Shown: positions 1 through 8,736, counted from the first letter of the stretch. The stretch is DNA of 64,000 bases from Verrucomicrobiota bacterium (GCA_041689265.1 JBDNGP010000021.1:8572-72571); one strand, 5' to 3'. The notes: generated from the sequence alone by a model not told the origin. Numbers and translations are program-made.

Positions 1-26
1 ATACCCTTTATTGTTCGGCGAATAAC

Positions 27-293
27 TCATGACCTCCCCTGTGACTTTTTCAGAAAAGCCTTTTCTCTCCGAGTCCAAAGATAGTCGCCGTAAAGCCAGC
101 GAAAGATCAGGAATCCTGGAACATACATGAATGCCAAGAGCACATCTCGTGGCTCCATGAGCCAGACGCCCAACGTGAATAAAGCAACCCCGAGCGGCAA
201 CCCACGAAGTAGAACCCCTCGCGTAATGATGAAATGCCGACGGCCACGCTGCCGTATGCTCGCCCAAGATTTCATATTGCCAGAAAGAGTCAT
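27..293 (-). CDS. hypothetical small membrane protein
   Basis: 88-aa ORF with two hydrophobic helices (LLRGLPLGVALFTLGVWL and LLAFMYVPGFLIFRWL) flanked by basic residues. No family recognised. Confidence 0.4.
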   Translation of the reverse strand: MTLSGNMKSWASIRQRGRRHFIITRGVLLRGLPLGVALFTLGVWLMEPRDVLLAFMYVPGFLIFRWLYGDYLWTRREKAFLKKSQGRS

Positions 294-413
294 GCGCGTG
301 CCTCTGTCGCCGAACGCCAGAACTCACACACGCTGGACCAAAACGCGTTGACCACGAAGCGGAACTGCGACGGCCATCCGGCGTTGTGTGCAGTGACCTG
401 GTTATACTTTCTC

Positions 414-719
414 TCACTGGTGCTCATAAACGCCCCACTTGAGCGGTCTCCAACTCTTCTGATCACTTGTAAGCGGAAACGTGTCAGGCCAAGAAAGCTC
501 CGCATCAGAAATCAGGTAACCCTTCTGGCTGTCCAAGTCCTCATGCCGAAAATAGTGAAATCCGTCCCTGCTGCCGACATAGTAACACAAGCTCACCTTT
601 GGCTCACGCCAGTGGGTCTTCAAGTGCTCTAACCCTGTACGAGTGACCGTCTGCGGGTTGGCACAACCCACGAGCAACAGCAGGAGAATGATGGCGAGGC
701 TACGCAGCATAACAGTCAT
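414..719 (-). CDS. hypothetical lipoprotein
   Basis: 101-aa ORF. The N-terminus MTVMLRSLAIILLLLLVGC carries a lipobox-like L-V-G-C, followed by a hydrophilic mature part. Confidence 0.6.
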   Translation of the reverse strand: MTVMLRSLAIILLLLLVGCANPQTVTRTGLEHLKTHWREPKVSLCYYVGSRDGFHYFRHEDLDSQKGYLISDAELSWPDTFPLTSDQKSWRPLKWGVYEHQ

Positions 720-1039
720 GTTGGGCCAAACTCAGACCGACGGATTACTGAAAGCGTCGGCCCTCAGCATTCTCATGATGGGCTGCACGATAGTGATGTG
801 CACAGACGGGGCAAGTCATTGGTTTTTAACACGATCATTTTCAGAGCACCAACGGTGCGGTTTCATACCAGCCCGGGACAACGCCCCAGGTCAGGTCCCG
901 GATCTGGGGAAGCCCTGAAGGGGCGGCTTAACTTTCCTCCATTCGATAATTCGCCCTGTCAGGGCTCCACGGGAATCACGGCCATTCCCGAGGCGATGCC
1001 CCGGGCTGATATGGTGCGGGCCGTTGGCCCTTCAATTCT

Positions 1040-3358
1040 TTGAGGGCACTCGGCGTGGAGGATTCATTCGCGTTCGTTTTCTTAATCGCTGGTCTCGCGA
1101 CCATCGCCCCGCTAGTTTCCCGCCCCGTGATTAATTTCCTCGATCCCACGACGGAGACTGGCGGCACCGATCTGGTGCGGCAGGTTGAGGACATTTTTTC
1201 ACCAAGCGGTCTGCTGTCGAAGGCGAACAATTACGAGTATCGACCACAGCAGCAACAGATGGCGGTGGCCGTCGCCAGTGCGTTGCAGAATCGCGAACAC
1301 CTGATCGTCGAGGCGGGCACGGGCGTCGGCAAGAGCCTCGCGTACCTGATTCCGTCGATCCTGTTCGCGTTGGCCGAGGGCAAGAAGGCGGTGATCTGCA
1401 CGCACACGATCAATTTACAGGAGCAATTGTCGGAGAAGGACCTACCGATGCTGGCGGCGGTGCTGCCGGTGAAGTTTCAGTTCACGATGTTGAAGGGTCG
1501 CGGCAATTACCTGTGCTCGCGCCGGTTGCACAAGGCGATGCAACAGGCGGACAGCCTGTTCACCTCGTCCGAAGTGAACGAACTGCAGCGCATCTACGAG
1601 TGGTCGAAGGAGACGAAGGACGGTAGCCTGTCGGATTTCGATGTCGAACCGGCGATCAAGGTGTGGACGCAGGTGTGCAGCGAGCGGGGGATGTGTTCGC
1701 CGAAGATTTGCGGGTATCAATCGGAGTTCGGGAAGCAGAACGGGATTTGTTTCTTTCAACGGGCGCGCAACCGCATCCTGTCGTCGGAGGTCATCGTGTT
1801 GAACCACACGTTGTTCTTCACGTTGCTCAGCGGGGTGGATGAGGAGCAGGAGGGCGGGATTCTGTTCAAGAACGACTTCGTGATCTTCGACGAGGCGCAC
1901 ACGGTTGAACAAGTGGCGTCAAAGCATATTGGACTGAAGGTGAGCAGCGGGCAGGTGCGCTGGTCGCTGAACCGGTTGTGGAATCCGAAGTCTGAGAAGG
2001 GTTTGCTCGCGACGTTACGCGCGGGCGGTGCGGTGAAGCTCGTGGCGGACGTGCTCAGCGTGAGCGACAGTTTCTTTCATGAAGTGGAGTCCGCATGTGA
2101 GGAAATTCAATCGAAACCAGTCACCACGCCGCGAATTGGTGGCGGTGATTCGTCGCGGCGATGGACGGAACTGCGCATCCGCCGACCGGAATTGGTCGAG
2201 GACTCGTTGACCCTGCCGATTCAACGCCTGCGCGAAACGGTCAGTGAGTTGATCAAGACGGCCGAAGACAAGGACACCGGCCAGGAATTGGTAGAGTGCA
2301 ACCGTCGGCTGGCCGAGTTGCGCGAGGAATTGATTCTGTTTTTGAGTCAGGACCGCGATGACATGGTTTATTGGGTTGAACGAACAGGCAAGGAGCACCA
2401 GACGATTGCCTTGAACGCAGCACCGATTGATATTGCCGAGTATTTGCGGCGGCGTTTGTTCGAAAGCGACACCTCGGTGATCATGACCAGCGCCACGCTG
2501 GCGACGAAGGGGGACGTAGGACAGGCTTCCAGTTTGTCTCGTGGCGGTGCCGCAAGCGCAGTATCGCCGCACAAAGCTGACGCCAAGGATCACGCGCAAG
2601 CAACGGGAGCGTCGCAAGACGTTGTTTCGCCACTGGCTTCGGCTAAGACAGGCAGGATGCCTGTCCTACGTCGGGCCCGCACCACGCCTCTGGCTTACGT
2701 GGCGAATCGCGTGGGTGCTGGTGATATTCCGGGCCTGCAGGTTGGTTCACCGTTCGATTATGAACAGCAGATGCGCCTGTTCGTGGCGGGCAAGATGCCG
2801 GATCCGCGCGATTCGGCTTACAAAGAGGCGTTAATCAAGTGGATCGAACATTTCATCCGGCAAACCCACGGCAAGGCGTTCGTCTTGTTTACCAATTACC
2901 GTCTGATGCAGGAAGTTGCCGAGCGAATGCAGCCGTTCTTCGATGAGATCGGGATCGCGTGCTTCGTGCAGGGCACCGGCACGCCGAGATCGACGATGCT
3001 GGAGGAGTTCAAACAAGATACGGACTCGGTGCTCTTCGGCACGGACAGTTTCTGGCAGGGAGTGGATGTTCCGGGAGAGGCGTTGAGCAATGTCATCATC
3101 ACGCGACTGCCGTTTGCGGTGCCGGATCATCCGTTGATCGAGGCGCGGATCGAGGACATCGAGGCAAAGGGCGGCAATTCGTTCAGCGAATTCTCATTGC
3201 CGGAGGCCGTATTGAAGTTTCGTCAGGGCGTCGGCCGTTTGATCCGCACGCAAACCGACCGCGGCATCGTCGTGATCCTCGACAACCGCGTGCTGAACAA
3301 GCGCTACGGGCAGACGTTCCTCGATGCGTTGCCGAAGTGCCCGATGGAAGTCGTCTAG
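1040..3358 (+). CDS. dinG: ATP-dependent DNA helicase, DinG/Rad3 (XPD-like, Fe-S) family
   Basis: 772-aa ORF with Walker A EAGTGVGKSLAYLIP and DEAH-type box VIFDEAHTVEQ. The Cys cluster (YLCSRR, QVCSERGMCSPKICGY) is typical of the DinG/XPD Fe-S domain. C-terminal helicase motifs are LFGTDSFWQGVDVPG and RLIRTQTDRGIVVILD. The start is uncertain: TTG at 1040 gives the longest ORF, and an in-frame GTG at 1175 is also possible. Confidence 0.9.
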   Translation: MRALGVEDSFAFVFLIAGLATIAPLVSRPVINFLDPTTETGGTDLVRQVEDIFSPSGLLSKANNYEYRPQQQQMAVAVASALQNREHLIVEAGTGVGKSLAYLIPSILFALAEGKKAVICTHTINLQEQLSEKDLPMLAAVLPVKFQFTMLKGRGNYLCSRRLHKAMQQADSLFTSSEVNELQRIYEWSKETKDGSLSDFDVEPAIKVWTQVCSERGMCSPKICGYQSEFGKQNGICFFQRARNRILSSEVIVLNHTLFFTLLSGVDEEQEGGILFKNDFVIFDEAHTVEQVASKHIGLKVSSGQVRWSLNRLWNPKSEKGLLATLRAGGAVKLVADVLSVSDSFFHEVESACEEIQSKPVTTPRIGGGDSSRRWTELRIRRPELVEDSLTLPIQRLRETVSELIKTAEDKDTGQELVECNRRLAELREELILFLSQDRDDMVYWVERTGKEHQTIALNAAPIDIAEYLRRRLFESDTSVIMTSATLATKGDVGQASSLSRGGAASAVSPHKADAKDHAQATGASQDVVSPLASAKTGRMPVLRRARTTPLAYVANRVGAGDIPGLQVGSPFDYEQQMRLFVAGKMPDPRDSAYKEALIKWIEHFIRQTHGKAFVLFTNYRLMQEVAERMQPFFDEIGIACFVQGTGTPRSTMLEEFKQDTDSVLFGTDSFWQGVDVPGEALSNVIITRLPFAVPDHPLIEARIEDIEAKGGNSFSEFSLPEAVLKFRQGVGRLIRTQTDRGIVVILDNRVLNKRYGQTFLDALPKCPMEVV
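2515..2670. repeat. 156-bp palindrome-bounded (REP/MITE-like) element inserted in frame within dinG
   Basis: Perfect 12-bp terminal inverted repeats CGTAGGACAGGC (2515-2526) and GCCTGTCCTACG (2659-2670). The right end contains a perfect 8-bp palindrome GACAGGCA-GGA-TGCCTGTC, and the left end a degenerate copy (GGACAGGCTTCCAGTTTGTCTC). The length is 52 codons and encodes a low-complexity loop (VGQASSLSRGGAAS...AKTGRMPVLR) between SATLATKGD and the SPFDYEQQ motif. Confidence 0.6.
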
Positions 3359-3659
3359 CGACGTGTGGTGCGAACCCGGACACGGTTGTTTAACCACAGA
3401 TCGACGCAGATGAACACTGATGGGCAGGCGCGTTATAACCGGCACGCCGCTCAACTGGTGAGTGACGTCTGGACCGTCCGCCGAATCGGAACAAGTGCGT
3501 CTGTCTTCGCGTGCTTCTGTTCGATGCCAGCGACGATTCCAGGTAGAAATCTCCCGTTGACGCGTTGGGTTTCGTGTTTTCATATCGCCTCACGAGGTCG
3601 GCAACAACGTTTCCGGCCTTCATTGAACTGAACTTGATCATCTCACTACTTGAAATTCT

Positions 3660-4883
3660 ATGAACCTGGACTCGCTCTACTCTGAACTCACGTTGCCAAC
3701 GAAAAAGAAGCTGGCACTCATCGTCCTCGACGGCATCGGGGACATCGCCACGAAGCAGCAAGGCTACCTCACGCCGCTCGAAGCCGCGAACACACCGAAC
3801 CTCGACAAGCTTGCCAAAGATTCCGCACAAGGCCGCATGACGCCCGTCGCGCCGGGCATCACCCCGGGCAGCGGACCCGGCCACCTCGCGTTGTTCGGTT
3901 ATGATCCGATCGAAGTGCAGGTCGGTCGCGGTGTGATCGAATCGCTCGGTCTGGGAATCGAACTGAAGGCGGGCGACGTCGCCGCGCGGGCGAACTTCTG
4001 TACGCTGGACAAAAAAGGCATCGTCACCGACCGCCGCGCCGGTCGTATCGAGACTGAAGTGTGCGAAAAGCTGTGCGCGATGCTGGCCAAGAAGGTGAAG
4101 AAGATCGGTGACACGCAGGTCATCATCAAGCCGGGCAAGGGCCATCGCTTCGTCGTCATCTTTCGCGGCAAAGGAATGGAAGGGCCGTTGACCGATGCCG
4201 ACCCGCATCGCGAAGGCAAACCGATCCCGACGGTTGCTCCCGTGAACCCGAAATCGGCCAAGGCAAAGAAGGCAGCCAAGCTGATCGCGGACTTCTACAA
4301 AGTCGCATTGCCGGTCATCAAAAACGAACAGCCGGCGAACGGTTTCCTCATGCGGGGCATCGCGCATCAGCCTGATATTCAGTTGTTTGAGGATCGTTAT
4401 AAGCTGAAGCCGGCCTGCATCGCGGTGTATCCGATGTACAAGGGGCTGGCGCAGCTGGTCGGCATGACGAAGATCGAAGGAGCGCAGACGATCAAGGAAC
4501 AGTTCGAAACGTATTTGAACGAGTACGACAACTACGATTTCTTCTTCATCCACTACAAGTACCCCGACATGTACGGTGAGGATGGAAACTTCGATGCGAA
4601 GCGGAAGGCGATCGAGGAGTTTGATGAAGCGTTACCGATCTTGATGAACAAGTTGCCCGACGTTCTTGTCATCACTGGTGATCATTCAACGCCATGTAAA
4701 GTCGCAGGTCACTCATGGCATCCACAACCGGTGATGATTCGATCCGAGTTCAGTGGTGCCGACAAACTGGATCGCTTCACGGAGACCGGCGCGAACCTCG
4801 GATCACTCGGTGTGTTCGATGCAAAATTCTTGATGCGACACATGCAGGCGAACGCGATGATGTTCGACAAGTACGGTGCGTGA
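3660..4883 (+). CDS. apgM: cofactor-independent phosphoglycerate mutase, ApgM type (alkaline-phosphatase superfamily)
   Basis: 407-aa ORF with N-terminal LIVLDGIGD...TPLEAANTPNLDKLA. Internal GSGPGHLALFGYDP, GRGVIESLGLG and DRRAGRI, and C-terminal ITGDHSTP, match ApgM-type motifs. Confidence 0.88.
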   Translation: MNLDSLYSELTLPTKKKLALIVLDGIGDIATKQQGYLTPLEAANTPNLDKLAKDSAQGRMTPVAPGITPGSGPGHLALFGYDPIEVQVGRGVIESLGLGIELKAGDVAARANFCTLDKKGIVTDRRAGRIETEVCEKLCAMLAKKVKKIGDTQVIIKPGKGHRFVVIFRGKGMEGPLTDADPHREGKPIPTVAPVNPKSAKAKKAAKLIADFYKVALPVIKNEQPANGFLMRGIAHQPDIQLFEDRYKLKPACIAVYPMYKGLAQLVGMTKIEGAQTIKEQFETYLNEYDNYDFFFIHYKYPDMYGEDGNFDAKRKAIEEFDEALPILMNKLPDVLVITGDHSTPCKVAGHSWHPQPVMIRSEFSGADKLDRFTETGANLGSLGVFDAKFLMRHMQANAMMFDKYGA

Positions 4884-4956
4884 TCGATGACGAATTGCAT
4901 CGTGTGTAGAGTGCTTCATGAACACAAAAAGTGTTCGCGACGTTTACATCGAGCTG

Positions 4957-4986
4957 TTGAAATACAAAAAAAATGTTTGTCATAAT
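4957..4986 (+). promoter_or_regulatory. sigma70-like promoter for the H1-like gene
   Basis: TTGAAA (4957-4962), 18-nt spacer, CATAAT (4981-4986), in a very AT-rich intergenic stretch about 60 nt upstream of the GTG at 5049. Confidence 0.4.
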
Positions 4987-5048
4987 TTTTTTTTACCTCT
5001 AAGAAACAATCCCGATGAACCACATACGAAGAACGGAGGTGAAGTACT

Positions 5049-5198
5049 GTGCCAGCTAAGAAAAAAGCAGTGAAAAAAAAAGCAGTGAAAAAGAAAGCCG
5101 CAGCTAAACAAGCAGCTCCTAAAAAAGCCGTGAAAAAGAAAGCCGCAGCGAAGAAGGCAGCTCCTAAAAAAGCAGCCGCCAAGAAGAAGAAGAAGTAG
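5049..5198 (+). CDS. histone H1-like / Hc1-like Lys-Ala-rich nucleoid protein (49 aa)
   Basis: Absent from the ORF track because it has a GTG start and is under 60 aa. Translation is MPAKKKAVKKKAVKKKAAAKQAAPKKAVKKKAAAKKAAPKKAAAKKKKK (24 Lys, 17 Ala). GGAGG lies 9 nt upstream of the GTG. A promoter-like element lies upstream and a strong intrinsic terminator downstream. There is an internal 45-nt tandem duplication (5085-5129 and 5130-5174). Confidence 0.75.
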   Translation: MPAKKKAVKKKAVKKKAAAKQAAPKKAVKKKAAAKKAAPKKAAAKKKKK

Positions 5199-5219
5199 TA
5201 GTTTGGACTTCACCTCAAC

Positions 5220-5266
5220 GCCAGGATGGCCCGGTTAAATTCGGATCCCATCCTGGCGCTTTTTTT
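5220..5266 (+). terminator. Rho-independent terminator
   Basis: Perfect 10-bp stem GCCAGGATGG (5220-5229) / CCATCCTGGC (5248-5257) followed by GC and T7 (5260-5266). Confidence 0.7.
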
Positions 5267-5285
5267 ATCATCAGATCATGACGCC

Positions 5286-6005
5286 ATGCCGACTCTAGTT
5301 TTTGACATCGAAACGTCCGCGCTTCCCATCGATCAGTTTGACGAAGGACAACAGGAATATCTTTTTCGCGCGGCGGACAAACTGCCCGATGAAGAATCGC
5401 GCCTCGCGAAGCGTGAAGAGATCGAACGCTTCATGGCCCTCTGGCCGTTCACCTCGCAGTGCGTGTGCATCGCGATGATCAACGCCGAGACCGAACGCGG
5501 TCAGGTCCTCTACGTTTCAGAGGAGTTTGAAGAGGAGCATGAGGAAACCGGTCCGGTGAAGTTTGTTCCCTGCATGGACGAGGGCGACCTGCTCACGGCG
5601 TTCTGGGACACGATGAAACACTACGAACACGTGGTGACCTTCAACGGCCGCGGCTTTGATGTGCCCTTCCTTTATCTTCGATCCGCCCTGTTAAACGTCC
5701 CAATTTCGCGAAAAGACTGGCTTGGATACCGGTTTGCGACGGAGCCGCATTGTGATCTGGCTCAACAACTTTCGTTCTACAACGTCAGCGGCAGGGATGG
5801 TGCCGCGCGCCAGTTTAACCTGGATTTCTACTGCAAATGCTTCGGCATCGAATCGCCAAAAAGCGCCGGCGTAACCGGCATGGATGTCGGCCGGTTGATG
5901 GAGGAAAAGGCGTACCGCGCCATCGCGGAATACTGCGTGCGGGACGTCGATGCGACGTTGAAGCTCTATCGCATCTGGAAAGAACGTTTGAGCGGCATCA
6001 AGTAG
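5286..6005 (+). CDS. predicted 3'-5' exonuclease, PolB-exonuclease-like (RNase H fold)
   Basis: Motifs are LVFDIETS (ExoI), VTFNGRGFDVPFLYLRS and YCVRDVDAT (ExoIII-like). The start is moved from 5226 to the ATG at 5286 because the upstream part of the ORF overlaps the terminator hairpin and T-run. Confidence 0.8.
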   Translation: MPTLVFDIETSALPIDQFDEGQQEYLFRAADKLPDEESRLAKREEIERFMALWPFTSQCVCIAMINAETERGQVLYVSEEFEEEHEETGPVKFVPCMDEGDLLTAFWDTMKHYEHVVTFNGRGFDVPFLYLRSALLNVPISRKDWLGYRFATEPHCDLAQQLSFYNVSGRDGAARQFNLDFYCKCFGIESPKSAGVTGMDVGRLMEEKAYRAIAEYCVRDVDATLKLYRIWKERLSGIK

Positions 6006-6011
6006 TCCGTC

Positions 6012-6668
6012 ATGAGCGATCAATTCGACACCCGCCCGCTGATCCTGTTCGCCGTCAAGGAGGAGGCCGCCCACTTCGAAGACGCGACGGTCGAGACGCT
6101 CATCTGCGGAATGGGCAAACAGAACGCCGCCGCATCGATCACGAAAGTTCTCTCCCGACGTCAGCCACAGTTTGTCATCACCAGCGGATTTGCCGGCGGG
6201 TTGAATGAAGCGCTTCGAAACGGCGACGTGGTTGGTGATTGGGATGCTGAATTTCCTCTTTCATCGGCGCTTGAGGATGGCGGCGTGAAGCGCGTGTCGT
6301 TTCATTGCGCCGACCGGGTCGCGATCACTCGCGAAGAAAAGAGTTCGTTGCGGAAGAGCACACGAAAGGACGCGGTGGAAATGGAATCGGGAGTGATCCG
6401 CGAAATTTGTCAGAGTAGAAACATTCATTCAGCCACCGTGCGAGTTGTCTCCGACAGCGCGGGTGAAGACCTGCCACTGGATTTCAACCGGTTGCTGAAC
6501 GCCGATCACACGATGAATTTTGTGAAGCTCACCGGCGCATTGATTAAAGCGCCATGGAAGATCCCGAGGCTCATCCAGTTTTCCGGCAAAGTGAAATTTG
6601 CGGCCAAGGAATTGGGAAGTGTGCTCGGCGATGTCTTGAAAGACGCCGAAACGCCCGGGAGATCGTAG
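6012..6668 (+). CDS. nucleoside phosphorylase-family protein (MTA/SAH nucleosidase or futalosine hydrolase-like)
   Basis: 218-aa ORF. LILFAVKEEA, CGMGKQNAAASITKVL, FVITSGFAGGL and VEMESGVI follow the PNP_UDP_1 pattern. Confidence 0.75.
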   Translation: MSDQFDTRPLILFAVKEEAAHFEDATVETLICGMGKQNAAASITKVLSRRQPQFVITSGFAGGLNEALRNGDVVGDWDAEFPLSSALEDGGVKRVSFHCADRVAITREEKSSLRKSTRKDAVEMESGVIREICQSRNIHSATVRVVSDSAGEDLPLDFNRLLNADHTMNFVKLTGALIKAPWKIPRLIQFSGKVKFAAKELGSVLGDVLKDAETPGRS

Positions 6669-6878
6669 GGGATCTTGTGCAGACCGGAGCCATTCACCGT
6701 CGCCACCCTGCGACAAGACGAACCCTGCGCCTCCCGGCGCATGATTCGCCACGTTGTTCTGGCAGTCCAGACCAGTCATCGCCGGGTCATGATGCGAAGT
6801 TCGGTGCGAATTATTATGGCGGCCAACTCACCTTGTTTGACATAAGCTACGGTCACAGGCTCCACCAATTGCGTCGCC

Positions 6879-7214
6879 GTGGAGGCCATGCACAGCGTGG
6901 TGGTTTTCATTCCGATGTTCGTCGCCTGGCAATGGTTGACTGCGGTCAAGACCAACGGCACGGACTATCTCGTTCTGACATTCAAACGGCAGCTCGCGGC
7001 GACGAACCTCAGCTTCACCGTGGAATCCTCAGCCGATCTCCTAAACTGGGTAACCGGTTCCAGTTACTCTCCGGCCGGCAACACGCCGGACACGGCGATC
7101 ACCCGCGAAGTGAACCGCGCCGGGGCCCCCATCGAAACCATCACGGTGCTCGAGCAACTTCCGATGAGTGAGGGAACGAACCGGTTCATGCGCGTGCGCA
7201 TCTCCAGGCCGTAA
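6879..7214 (+). pseudogene. orphan C-terminal beta-sandwich domain fragment (probable remnant of a secreted protein)
   Basis: TNGTDYLVLTFKRQLAATNLSFTVESSADLLNW...NRFMRVRISRP aligns by eye with the C-terminal module of the 14168-16051 protein (INGQDYLAVQFQRREPPSELVYLTRATDNFTTW...VWTRVRLNFP). It has a GTG start only and no signal peptide. No upstream coding continuation exists in any frame. Confidence 0.35.
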
Positions 7215-7368
7215 TTTGCGCGGGGCTGCGAGACTGCGGTCCCGCGACTGGCCGACGGGACGGTTGTAGCGTCGGCTTTCCAACCGGCTCGGGGGAGGAA
7301 GAGGTTTACGCGAATTGCGCTAATTTTCACGAATGAGGAAAATGGTTTCGGTGTCGCCTGAAACGGAG

Positions 7369-7387
7369 GACAGGTTTTCAACCTGTC
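7369..7387. repeat. REP-like palindrome GACAGGTT-TTC-AACCTGTC
   Basis: Perfect 8-bp stem in noncoding DNA. A near-identical copy lies at 33055-33076, and the same GACAGG/CCTGTC stems occur in the dinG insertion. Confidence 0.7.
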
Positions 7388-7815
7388 TCGGGCGCGGCAA
7401 AAGCCGTTGGTCCTTAACCGACCGGTTGTTCGGCGTGGTGACTTATGAAATCCAAAATGAAAGCGTCATCCATAGGGAGCTTTGCCATGGGGTACACAAG
7501 AACAACGCTTGTCCTCCCGAGGCAACAAACGCGCCTTCTCCCTCTTGCCAGTCCACAACAAAAATGCCCGGTGCGATGCAAATGGAACGTATGATACGTG
7601 CTGGATGCTCATTCTTTTGAATGTTCGAGGCATCCAATACCATCTGGGTCCTGCCCGGATATAGAAAGATCGCGGACATGAGCCATTCGAGCACGTAGAC
7701 TTGGACGACGCGGACGAGGACTGCGTGTTTTGTATGGCATCGCCGAACGCTTAGACGATGGATGACGGGTGTCGGCCCGCTTCCATCGACAAGATTGATG
7801 TTTTAGTTTTCATGT

Positions 7816-8247
7816 TCACTTCCGAACCGGCGAGGCTTGCTCGCCATTCTCATCAATCGGATTGGTGGTGCAGTCCTTACGTTTGCGAATCTTGAAACAA
7901 TAAATGCCTCCCACAAATCCGAAAATTGATCCAACTACAACGCCAGCGAACGGGCTAACCCAACCAACTGAAACCGGCAACCAGGGTGGAGGCCATCTAT
8001 AGTAAGCTCCACCGCCAGACCAACTGACAAAGTGTGTCTCTAAAGCAACTTGGATGTAGGGTGCCGTCACAAGTGCGAATCCAACCAACGAACCAAGGCT
8101 CCCTGCCAACAAATATCCTCCCTGTTTTTGGTCATATTTCCAGCGCAGTACCGCACCCAGAACAAAAACCGGTAGAAAAATCACGCACCAAAACAGTATA
8201 CAGAACTCGAACGACAATAAGTAAAATCCGAATGGATCGTAGTTCAT
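7816..8247 (-). CDS. hypothetical multi-pass membrane protein
   Basis: 143-aa ORF with three to four hydrophobic segments (FCILFWCVIFLPVFVLGAVL, LLAGSLGSLVGFALV, FAGVVVGSIFGFVGGIYCF) and a charged tail. Local GC is about 43-48%, well below the flanks. Confidence 0.6.
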   Translation of the reverse strand: MNYDPFGFYLLSFEFCILFWCVIFLPVFVLGAVLRWKYDQKQGGYLLAGSLGSLVGFALVTAPYIQVALETHFVSWSGGGAYYRWPPPWLPVSVGWVSPFAGVVVGSIFGFVGGIYCFKIRKRKDCTTNPIDENGEQASPVRK

Positions 8248-8322
8248 GTGTTTTCAACACCAACACCGAGACCAGCGATGGAGGTGCAGCGCGGAACCGG
8301 AATTCGCCGAGTCGATTTGTTG

Positions 8323-8706
8323 TTAACCTGCTTGTGTGGTCCTCCGACAAAACTCTCGGCCCCACGTCGCTGCAACCAGTGCAGCCGCAAACGGACAGAG
8401 ACCAATAAAAACGAGAAGCACAAGCACCGCAGGGCCTGAGTAGTTCTCGCTCCGAATAGTGCCGAAAATTTTCCAAGCGTGATAAAAGCCAAACACGAGA
8501 TACGCCGTGACAGCACGTGGTAGCGCCCACCGAAGACGCCACCAAAACAGAACTGTCGTGAGGATAAGCGCAGCGGCGCTCGCAACGAGGAAAGTCTGCT
8601 CCGTCGGCAACCATTCTTGGTCAGTCGCGCCGAGCATGGCGAGCGGCTCAAAGGCGCAAAGTACTGTGCCCACTGTCAGAAGAATGATGACTATCTTTTT
8701 GACCAT
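8323..8706 (-). CDS. hypothetical multi-pass membrane protein
   Basis: 127-aa ORF with four hydrophobic segments (IVIILLTVGTVLCAF, LVASAAALILTTVLFWW, AYLVFGFYHAW, VLVLLVFIGLCPFAAALVAA). It lies in the same AT-richer patch. Confidence 0.6.
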   Translation of the reverse strand: MVKKIVIILLTVGTVLCAFEPLAMLGATDQEWLPTEQTFLVASAAALILTTVLFWWRLRWALPRAVTAYLVFGFYHAWKIFGTIRSENYSGPAVLVLLVFIGLCPFAAALVAATWGREFCRRTTQAG

Positions 8707-8736
8707 GCGCGACGCTGCATATCGGCTAACAATTTA

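Noticed and set aside
3390-4553. Long ORFs antisense to, or out of frame with, well-supported genes. Examples are 3390..4553(-), 11892..12965(+), 19937..20755(-), 20906..21694(-), 25156..25980(+), 31745..32563(-), 36792..37979(+), 47475..48179(+) and 52617..53513(-).
   Set aside because: They overlap genes with clear family motifs. They have Arg/Gly/Pro/Ala-rich compositions typical of non-coding frames in GC-rich DNA, and they lack any recognisable motif.
4916-5213. Phe/Ala/Leu-rich ORFs 4916..5182(-) and 4980..5213(-).
   Set aside because: They are the antisense reading of the Lys/Ala-rich H1-like gene. The RBS, promoter and terminator all support the + strand.
5226-5285. N-terminal extension of the exonuclease ORF (start at 5226).
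   Set aside because: It overlaps the terminator hairpin and T7 run of the upstream gene, and the conserved ExoI motif follows the ATG at 5286.
7443-7694. 83-aa minus-strand ORF (GTG start) in the AT-richer patch.
   Set aside because: It has no family motif, no clear start signals and an open upstream frame with no start. It may be a gene fragment, but I cannot support it.
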